Of a stretch of DNA of 64,000 nt, positions 51,031-60,735 are shown piece after piece. The position numbers and the translations under genes were made by a program. Source of the stretch: Chiloscyllium plagiosum (taxonomy: Eukaryota); NCBI RefSeq assembly GCF_004010195.1, contig NC_057754.1, forward strand, positions 3,037,649-3,101,648. The letters are read 5' to 3'. A model generated the notes under the pieces. It was not told the DNA's origin. It made no database searches and saw only the letters and a program-made list of their open reading frames with translations. Position 1 is the stretch's first letter, and every line of letters starts with the position of its first letter.

Positions 51031-52934
51031 TGGTCATGGGTCTCCAGTCTGAGAGCGATTTTGCTTTTCCTGAATGCTTCCCTCCCTCTCATTTCCTTAT
51101 TTATAACTGCTTCAGGGATGTTTTTGGAATCATGTACAGTGAACATCAGTGTAAGATATCTGTTCGATTCATCTACCACCTCCTTATTTTTCATTATTAA
51201 TTTGGAGTGTTGTGTTCAGCTCTGAGCACCTTAATTAATGAATAATGTTAAAGCCCTGGAGAGAATGTAAAGGAGATTTACCAAAGATGTGCAGGTCAGG
51301 TAAACTGGCCGTGCTAAATTGCCCCATAGTGTCAGGTGCATTAGTCAGAGGGAAATGGGTCTGGGTGGGTTATGCTTGAGAGGGTCGGTGTGGACTGGTA
51401 GGGCCGAAGGGCCTGTTTCCACACTGTAGGGAATCTTAAAAAAATGATAACAGGAATGTGGGATTTTAGTACCCAGGAGACTGGAGAGAAATTGGGCATA
51501 TTCTCCTTGGATCATAGAAGATTAGGAGGTTGAGATGTTCAAAATTATGAACAATTTTGAAAGGGTGAACAAAGATATTCTGTTTCCATTCGTTGGTATG
51601 TCAGTAACTAGGGGGTCAGATTGTCAGTGAGATGAGGAGGAACTTCTTTACTCAGCAAATGTTGTTAGAATTTCGAATGCACTGCCAGAAAGAGTGATGC
51701 AGGTAGAGTCCACACAAGGCTTGAAAAGGGAGCTGGGTATGTGTTTGAAAGTGATGAGGTTAGAGGGCTATGGAGATAAGGCTGGAGAATGGGACTAGGT
51801 GGCACCACCTTCGGGAGCTGGTAGAGACACAATGGGTCAAATAGCATCCTTCTGCACTGGAAAATTCTGTGATTCTATAATTTTCCAGGAGTCGCTTTCT
51901 AAAAGACCAATGCTCACTTTTTTTAACTCGTTCCTTTATAAAAATACTTGTAGAAATTCTTACCAACTGTCTTAATGTTTCTAGCTAGGTTTCTCTCTCG
52001 CTCCGATTTTTCTCTCCTTATCTTTGCGATCTTTTATGTTTTTCTAATCATATAATGCCACTTGTCAGTACACAATTATGTTACTTTTCTAACATTTAGA
52101 TACTGTTTTTAAGATGGGTGTTTGGTACAATTGGGCAGTGAGTCTCTCACTTGGAATGTATTGTACTCCTGAAAAGTACCTCTTCTGTGTATTATTAAAT
52201 AGCTACTTAACTTAAGTCTCTTATTGACCCATCCTTTAATATAATACAATTTAGCCAGTGCAGCTTTCATGGCCCTCAAAATTCCCCTTATTTAAATTTG
52301 TTTTATAAAACAATACTCTCTGACTCAGCCCTCTCTCCCTCAAACAGAATCTGAAATTCAGATACGTTAAGGTTGCTGAATGCCTGGAGTTGCTTTTACT
52401 ATGAGATCATTCATTAACTCTATTAAGCCAGACCACTCAGGATTGATGGGGCAATTCTTCACATAAAAAGGGGGGAGAGGAAATCTGGAACTTCTGTTTT
52501 GTTCTCTCACCCACCCCCTCTCCCGCTTACCCTCCCTCCCTCCTTCTCTCTCTTTCCATATATAAGCCTGGACATTAATCCCAGTTTTGTCGCTTGTAAA
52601 TAGGAGTTAAGGAAGCAAGGAGGGAATAAATGGAGTTAGGAAAGAGATTGGCTTTAATTGAATTGGATGATGGGACAAGCTCAAGTGGCTGAGTGACCTC
52701 TTCCCGGTTCCAATGTAATATAAATACTGGTTAAAATATAAGCACTGCCGCAGTTAGGCAGTAGTGTGGGGGTGTAAAAAAAAAATGCTGATTATTGGTG
52801 TTAATATGACTATCCCTTTCAGTGGTTAAGTAGTCATTCGATGGGTATCAGTCTCAGGACTGAGTAATGAGGAAGTGTGTTCCTGCCTCACTCCAGAGAT
52901 CTCAGCACAGAAAATTAGGTTGATGCTCCCAGGG

Positions 52935-53260
52935 TTAATGCTGAGGGAGTGCTGCACTCTCGTAGAGTCAGTGCTGAGGGAGCGCCGCACTGTCGGAGGG
53001 TCAGTGCTGAGGGAGCGCCGCACTGTCGGAGGGTCAGTGCTGATCCAAAGCCGCACTGTCGGAGGGTCTGTGCTAAGGGAGCACCGCACTGTCGGAGGGT
53101 CAGTGCTGAGGGAGCGCCACACTGTCGGAGGGTCTGTGCTGAGGGAGCACCGCACTGTCGGAGGGTCAGTGCTGAGGGAGCGCCACACTGTCGGAGGGTC
53201 TGTGCTGAGGGAGCACCGCACTGTCGGAGGGTCAGTGCTGAGGGAGCGCCGCACTGTTGT
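52935..53260 (+). repeat. 33-bp DeuSINE-derived minisatellite, ~9 copies
   Basis: GTCAGTGCTGAGGGAGCGCCGCACTGTCGGAGG tandem units. Confidence 0.9.
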
Positions 53261-53571
53261 TTCTCTGAGGAACATCCAAAGACGGTGAAAGTTATCCGAT
53301 AAATATGGAAGCTGCTTGCGTATTGGGGTTGAGGTTGAGGCTGTGGAGCAGGCCATTCAGCCCATCGAGCCCCTTGCTGTGTTTGTGGTAGACCAGTTGC
53401 CCGTCCAGTGTCACTCAATGATCCTTCTCCACTCTCTCTCTTTTCTCTTCCAGGATGAGCGAGGCCTGGGGATTCCTGTGAGTCTGACACCATCCCTGAT
53501 TCTCCCCCACCCCCCACCCCCCCCCACTCCCGACACACGGTTCACACCTCCTCTTCTCCCCCCCCCCCCCG

Positions 53572-55146
53572 ATGGAGTTCCCTGACCATGGTCGTTTGCT
53601 GCTGCAGAGCCTGCGGGACCAGAGACACCAGGGCTTCCTGTGTGACTGCACGGTGCTGGTGGGGGCGGTGCAGTTCCAGGCCCACCGGGCCGTGCTCGCC
53701 TCCTTCAGCACCTACTTCCACATGTTCTACAAGGAGGAGGCGGTAGGCCGCAGGGACGTAGTGGGCCTGGACGACGAGATAGTGACGGCGCCGGCCTTCT
53801 CCCTGCTGCTGGAGTTCATGTACGAGGGCCGGCTCCGCTTCAGCGGTGCGCCCACCGAGGATGTGCTGGCTGCGGCCAGCTTCCTGCACATGAACGACAT
53901 CGTCAAGGTGTGCAAGGGCCGGCTGAAGGCCCGGGCCCTGGCGGAGGCTGACAGCACCCGCAAGGAGGATGAGGCCCAGCAGCAACCGGGAGCAGGGGGA
54001 GGGCTCGGCCTATCCGCCTCCTACCGGGGGGTCGTGCCTCCCCCACCCGTCCCTCCCCTGCAGCCCCCACCGCCCTCTCGGAGACAGCCCCCGGCGCCAG
54101 CGGAGCTGCCCTACGCCTCGGGGGGCGAGGAGGACAGGGCCGGAGCCTCCCTCCTGCTGCTGCAGCCCCCCGAGGCACCGGCCCCCGGTCGCTGGCCCCC
54201 CGAGCCGGCCGACACCACCACCAGCAGCCAGGCCAGCATGGAGACCGAGGCCTACCCCAGCAGGCCGGCCGGCAACGTCCTGGCCAGCCCTTCCTCCTCC
54301 ACGGCGGAGGCCCCCTGCCCTCGCTGGGCCGGGCTGTCGGGCAGCAGGAGGAGGCCCCACCAGGAGGAGGAGGAGGAGGGTGGGGAGGAGGAGGCAGGGG
54401 ACGGGGACACTGAGGACGACGGCGATCTGATCACGGTCAAGGTGGAGGACGACCTGTTCTCCGAGGAGGAGGCCGGAGAGGAACCGCCTGAGGGCGATGC
54501 TCCCGAGGAGGTGGAGGCCGCTGCTGCCTCCTGCTGCCCGCAGCTCGATGACCTCTTCCAGCAGCCACCGGCGGAGTTAGCCCAGGCCCAGACCCCGGCC
54601 TTGGCCTGTGGAGGGGGAGGGGGCCACATCGTCATCTCGGACGAGGATGAGATGCCGTCGGAGGATGACGCGTTCCCGGCTCCTGGCCTCTACCACCACC
54701 GGGGTCTCCCACCCCCCGCCCCACAGGCCTCTCCGGGAGACTTGGGCTCCCCTGCCGCCTTGGGCCTTTCGGCCAAGCTCTACTTCCAGGACCTGCCGCC
54801 AGGGCCAGGGCCAGGGCCTGGGCCGGGCCCAGCCGGCTCAGAGGATGAGCTGCCGACCTGCGGGGCCTGCGGCAAGACTTTCTCCTGTGCCTACAGCCTG
54901 AAGCGGCACGCCCTGGTGCACACCCGCGAGAGGCCCCATAGCTGCCGCTTCTGTCTCCGTCGCTACTCACAGTCCGGGGACCTGTACCGCCACATGCGCA
55001 AGTACCACAACGCCCACGTCTCGTCGTCATCCCCTGGACCAGGCCCCGGACCAGGCCCTGGTCCCGGACCCAGCCCCGGCCGACAGGACTCCTCCAACGG
55101 TGGCTGGAAGTGGATGGACAAGCCTCCTTCAGAACAGTGGAAATGA
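53572..55146 (+). CDS. ZBTB3: Zinc finger and BTB domain-containing protein 3 (524 aa, BTB plus two C2H2 fingers), single coding exon; acceptor at 53453
   Basis: [43 protein letters not shown]; fingers [50 protein letters not shown]; two fingers and the [12 protein letters not shown] pattern fit ZBTB3 rather than four-finger ZBTB18/42. Confidence 0.93.
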   Translation: MEFPDHGRLLLQSLRDQRHQGFLCDCTVLVGAVQFQAHRAVLASFSTYFHMFYKEEAVGRRDVVGLDDEIVTAPAFSLLLEFMYEGRLRFSGAPTEDVLAAASFLHMNDIVKVCKGRLKARALAEADSTRKEDEAQQQPGAGGGLGLSASYRGVVPPPPVPPLQPPPPSRRQPPAPAELPYASGGEEDRAGASLLLLQPPEAPAPGRWPPEPADTTTSSQASMETEAYPSRPAGNVLASPSSSTAEAPCPRWAGLSGSRRRPHQEEEEEGGEEEAGDGDTEDDGDLITVKVEDDLFSEEEAGEEPPEGDAPEEVEAAAASCCPQLDDLFQQPPAELAQAQTPALACGGGGGHIVISDEDEMPSEDDAFPAPGLYHHRGLPPPAPQASPGDLGSPAALGLSAKLYFQDLPPGPGPGPGPGPAGSEDELPTCGACGKTFSCAYSLKRHALVHTRERPHSCRFCLRRYSQSGDLYRHMRKYHNAHVSSSSPGPGPGPGPGPGPSPGRQDSSNGGWKWMDKPPSEQWK

Positions 55147-57284
55147 GATCCATTCCCTTTCCCTGACCTCTCCTCCACCCTCGACCCTTCCCCCTCTCTA
55201 TCCTCAGTTCAATTCTTACCCCTCTTTTACCCTCAACCCTTCCCCCACCCTCCACTACCTTNNNNNNNNNNNNNNNNNNNNNNNNNNNNNNNNNNNNNNN
55301 NNNNNNNNNNNNNNNNNNNNNNNNNNNNNNNNNNNNNNNNNNNNNNNNNNNNNNNNNNNNNNNNNNNNNNNNNNNNNNNNNNNNNNNNNNNNTCCCTCCC
55401 GACTATCCTCAACTGAACTCTTCCCCCTCTATCCCCAACTCTTCCACCCCCATTAGCCTCATCTCTTCCTGCCCCATCATTAACCCCTACCCCTCCCCTT
55501 CTGTGCCCTGAAGTGACAGTGGACAGTTTTCGATGCTGCAAGAGTTCTGACATTTGGAGGAAAAAAACCCCACAAAATTGCAACAAACAAAATCTTTTAT
55601 ATATAAATATATATATCTCCACACCAGCCATCCTGTAAAATGACTTTAAATTAAATTCATCCCCAGGAGCAGTTGAGTAAAAGCTGTACATTTGAGGAAT
55701 GGTCTTTGTTTCTAATTAATTTCTTTGTTTTTTTTCTCTCTCTCTGGGTCAAATGGGTATGTTTTAACAGCATTCAATTTGTTACATATATTAAAACAAT
55801 CTTGGACCAGTTTGCTGCACTCACCTCACTGCTGTGTGATAATCCTGTTGACTATGTTTGTGATGGTAATTTGTTAATGTAAACGTGTCACATTGTGAAG
55901 ACTGCCATTTTAGCCAGGGGGCACCCGCTGGGCAGGAGGAGGAGTGGGGGGCAGATGTGGTTACAGGGACAGTTTTTAAAGTGAGGGTCTATGGTAATTG
56001 TGTATGTCCTATCAACAGACTACTCTGGTCTCATTTTCCAGCACTTGGCCTTTAGCCTTTTGATGACTTTCTGATAAAGCTGTTCAGAGATGTTATTACA
56101 GTACTCTGGGACTCATACCCAGGTCTGCTGTCTCACTGGTAAGAGCCCCCTCACATAACCTTATATGCTACGCTGATCGAAACGATCATCTGAATCTCAG
56201 ATGTCTTGGTGTTTCCCAACTCTTCGTTTTAGGCAGAATTCCAGATACCCACCACGTTTTGGGTGAAAACAAATCCTGCCTTAAATCCCCTCTAAACCTC
56301 CCGCTCTTCACCTTAAATCTATGCTTCCCCCACCCTCCCTCTACTAAGGAAAAATGTTTCTCACTGTCTGTGCCTCTCTGTTGTACACCTCAGCCTTCTC
56401 TACTTGAAGGAAAACAACACATCTATCCAGTCTCTTCACTGCTGAAACACTCCAGCCCTGGCAACTCCCTGCTGAATCTCTGTACGCCCTCTTAACTGCA
56501 ACCACATGCTTCCTGTCAGAACTAGGAGCAGGGGCCAGATGGCCTCCACCTGTTCCATCAGTAAGATCACGACTGACCTCTTCATGGACTCAGCTCCACC
56601 TACCCGCTCACACACCACAACCCTTAATTCCTTTGGCGAGGCAACCGGTACGGTGCACAGTAATCCAGCTGTGGCCGAACTAATGCTGTACACCACTTCA
56701 GCATAATCTCTCTACCCAATGCTTTTATTAGTGAAGACGTTGAATACAAGTATCCCATATGCCTTTGGAAAATTTTCCCTTGGAAATTGTTTGTTCGTGC
56801 TCCCGAACTCTTAAGCTACAGGCCGATGCTACGTTCTGGAGTCACTATGTGCTGACCCAATTGCTTCTCCACCCAGTTTCATTTATCCAGTAGCCTCTAG
56901 ATAAGACAAAGGAACAGAAGTATGACTGATTCAGTCCCATTTAAAGAGCTATTGGCTGATCCGATAACCTTCAACTCCTTCCCCATAACTCAATTCTCTT
57001 ACCAGTTAAAAATCCGTCTGTCTTAAGACTAAATTACCCAGCCTCAACAGTTAAAATTTCCACAGATAAACTAGCCTCAGGGAAGAAATCCCTCATCTCA
57101 GTCTTTAAATGTGCGGATCCCCCCCCCCCCCTACTCTGATGTAGAGGTGCCAGTGTTGGCCTGCTTCCACAGTGAAGATAGGAGGGAAGGGGCTAGGACC
57201 AGAAGGTGTAATCTCAGACCTCACCTGATGAAGGAGCAGTGCTCTGAAAGCTTATGATTTAAATAAACCTGGTGTCATATTGTG

Positions 57285-57553
57285 CATCAAGTCCACACTG
57301 ACCCCTCAAAAAGCATCCAGACTTACTCCCCTACCCTATCCCTGTAACCCTGCATTTCCCATAGCTAACCCACCTAGCCTGCACATCCATGTACACTATA
57401 GAATGGCCAGTCCACCTAACCTGCATATCTTTGGACTGTAGGAGGAACTGGAGCAGCTGGAAGAAACCCACACAGATAGCTGCCAGAGGCTGGAATCAAA
57501 CCCAGGTCCCTGGCACTGAGGCAGCAGTGAGCTATCCACTGAGCCATCATGTC
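57285..57553 (-). mobile_element. Degenerate HE1 SINE immediately downstream of a tRNA-Cys copy
   Basis: GATGGCTCAGTGGATAGC..CACTGCTGCCTCA head, TCCTACAGTCCAAAGATATGCAGG core. Confidence 0.85.
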
Positions 57554-57562
57554 ACACAAAGT

Positions 57563-57634
57563 AGGGGATACCCAGATTTGAACTGGGGACCTTTTGATTT
57601 GCAATCAAACGTCCTGCCCCTGAGCTGAACCCCC
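57563..57634 (-). pseudogene. tRNA-Cys(GCA) pseudogene or degenerate tRNA gene
   Basis: GGGGGTTCAGCTCAGGGGCAGGACGTTTGATTGCAAATCAAAAGGTCCCCAGTTCAAATCTGGGTATCCCCT; anticodon and T arms pair, D stem (GCTC/GGAC) is broken. Confidence 0.85.
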
Positions 57635-60600
57635 AAAGATGGAGTGTTTCCATAAGGTTATCTTATTCTTCAATATTCCAATGAGTACAGACACAAAGCT
57701 ATTCAAAGACAGTCTTTCTATACCCTGAATTAACACGATTAATCTTCTCTGGACTGCTTCCCATGTCAGTATATCTTTCCTTAGATAAGGGGCCCAAAAC
57801 TGTTCAGAGTTTTCCAGCTGTAGTCTGACAAGTGCCTTGTATCATTTTAGCAACCCCCCCTCCCCACCCCTACTTTTACACTCCCGTTGAAATAACAGCC
57901 AATATTGCATTTACCTTCCCTATCACCTGCTGAAATTTGCTTTTTTTGTGTGATTCACAGACAAGGACACCCAAACCCCTCTCCTGTGGCTTCCTGCAGT
58001 CTTTCCCCATTTAAATAATATTCTTGGATAATCCAGTGATGTTCTACTGTTTTAAAATAGTCAGGTGCCAAAATAAAACCAGCATCAATGTGCCCTGGGG
58101 GGCCCCGACAGCAGGAGAAAATAAAAATGGTTTTAAAACAATTTAATGTGTATCAAAAGTCCTAATGACAAAGGAATGTGTCAAAATATCATTTCAGGGA
58201 GGTGCCCCCACTCCAGTGCCCACAGGCTGTGGATCTCTCCCCCCCACCCCGATGTGGAGGGGGGGGGGGGGGAATGTGACCATGAAAGAGCATCCACCAA
58301 CATTCTGTTATTTTAAGCAAACACTATTTGGACAATTACGCTGTCAGGGGTTCGAGAATAAGAATCCTACAGCAACGTTCCGACAAATTCATTCTAAGCT
58401 AGTCTTCCTTCCTCAGGTTTGGGGCTGGCATTAAACAGTATCAGAGAAACCTCACCAAACAATGAGGCCATTCTGCCCATTGAGCCTGTGTCAGGTCTTT
58501 GAAGGAGCCAGCCAGTTACTTCTGGACCCCACCAACCCAAAATGTTAGTTTGTCTGTAGTTGCTGCCTGATCTGGGCTTTTTTCCAGCACTGCTAACCAC
58601 ACAGTGCCCCCAACCTTAAGCAAATGTGTCCTTTTCAAGTATTTCACCCCTGCCCGCACCCCCCCCCCCCAAAATCCTTTGAAAGTTCCTCGTGAGCCTG
58701 CTTCCCTCCCATCCCTGAACCTTCTTTGCTCTGAGGAGAACGATCCCAGCTCCTTCTGTTCGAAACTGGAACGATTTCCTCAAACTATGCAAAGTCTAGG
58801 AAAGAATTTTCACCCAGAGACTGAGCTGATCAAACACAAACAGGGGCAGGCAAGGCCGAAGGGTGTGGAATCCTTTGATTCCATAACCTCTTCCCAACTA
58901 CATTAACAAACCTGCATAAAGTAGGGGAGAACTGGCTTGGTAAACAAGGGAGGCAATTGACCATTCAGTTAAGATTGCACACACTTGCATGTTATTCTTT
59001 GGGGGTGGGGGAGGATTCAACAAAGGCGAGTGCAGCTCCTCAAGTTGGATTGGGGGGTAGAGAAGGGAATGGACAATGGGGCCTCACCACAAACACACAC
59101 CACTTCCCCGGCTCATCCTTTAGCAGCTCTTCCACCCCCAAGTGTCATAGAGTCATACAGCACAGAAACAGCGCCCTTCGGTCCAACCAGTCCACGTGTG
59201 TCTCACCTTCAACGTTGAGGCCAATGCTTATCTTTCTGAAATTTGCCAATTGGCCATTTGAGCCAGAATAAATTTGAGCCATAACTCCTCATTGCGAAAA
59301 GACCAGGGGAGATCGACATACTCTCTATTGGCACTGTGTACAGTTTTGGTTTCCTTAAGGACTTGACTAAGAAGCAGTTCAGAGGTCTCCTCTGTCATTC
59401 TGGGAGGAGGAGAGGTCTGTCCCAAGGGAACAGGCTGGATTCCTTTTCCTCACTCTCCCTCCACCCTTATCTCTGGCTTACCAAAGCCTCAAACCAACTC
59501 AATCCAGAACGCTCTGGCTGTTCACAACACCTACCCTGCGGTGAAGCCAGTGCCCGCAGTGGGTTTTTGTCAGTCATCTCAAACCAAGCTCTATCGGGAT
59601 GATCGTCCTCCAACTCACCAAGAGATACAAAGAGGGAAAAGTGTAAAATAGCAATTCAGAAGGGCATTGCTCCCAATGGTAGTGTCCCTACCTCTGAACC
59701 AAGAATCCAGAGTTCAAGCCACACCTGGTCCGGAAGTATGTGATAACATCACTTAGCGGGCTGATTAGGAAATAGATTAGATTCCCTACAGTATGGAAAC
59801 AGGCCCTTCAGCCCAACAAGTCCACATGGACCCTCAAAGAGTAACCCACCCAAACCCATTCCCCCACCCTATATTTACTTGGCAATTTAGTATGGCCAAT
59901 GCACCTGGCCTGCAATCTTTTGGATAGCTACAAAAACAATTCAGAACTTTAAGCCCAGATAAAAATGATAATAAGTCTTCAGGGAAAAAAAATAGGTCTT
60001 GGAAGCTGAGCAGGTGTGGCACCATCTGTAGAGAGAAAGAGTGAACATTTCAAGTCCAGTGATCCTTCTTCAGATCCTGATAGGACAGATGCTGAAAGAA
60101 CGTTCTCTTTCATGGGAGAAACTAACGCCAGGGCACAATTTAAGACTAAGACGGAGATGAGCAAGTTCTTCTCAGGTGGTCAAAGAGGAGGCTGTGAAAT
60201 GGGACCGGCTCATAGAATATATTGTGCTAAATGGCCCTTTGAGCAACAAAACATTTGAAATGCAACTCCTCATTGCGAAAAGACTGGGGGAGGGGGGGGG
60301 GGGCACACACACACACTATTTGTACTGTGTATAGTTTTGGTCTCCTTAAAGACTTCACTAAGAAGCAGTTCAGAGGTTTCTTCAGGTGGAGGGGTCTGTC
60401 TGGAGAGGACAGACTGACTGGATTTCTGATCAATGAGGGAATTGAGGGGTTTTTTTTGGGAGATAGAAGTTATCCATGAGGTATAGCAGAGTCTAATGAT
60501 CCGCTGCGGCTCTGCTAATTCCTACATCCTTCCTCTTCCAGAGGAGATCAAGTAGATCCGTCACCGCAATGTCATCTTTCCACCCAATCAAAATCCAAAC

Positions 60601-60719
60601 ATCTGACTCCCAGGATCTGAAATGGCCAAGGGGCTGCTGGTGATCCCCAATATCACTGGCTGGTCTGAGTCACGTATCTGATCAATAAAGAGCTACGGAG
60701 CAGTTTAAAATGGAAGCAA

Positions 60720-60735
60720 ATATTTTATTTTATTC
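60720..60735 (-). terminator. Candidate minus-strand poly(A) signal (overlapping AATAAA) downstream of the ADSS-like gene
   Basis: Plus strand TATTTTATTTTATT reads AATAAAATAAAATA on minus. Confidence 0.35.

Noticed and set aside
53542-55255. Antisense and alternative-frame ORFs over ZBTB3
   Set aside because: Expected shadows of a very GC-rich CDS; no independent signal.
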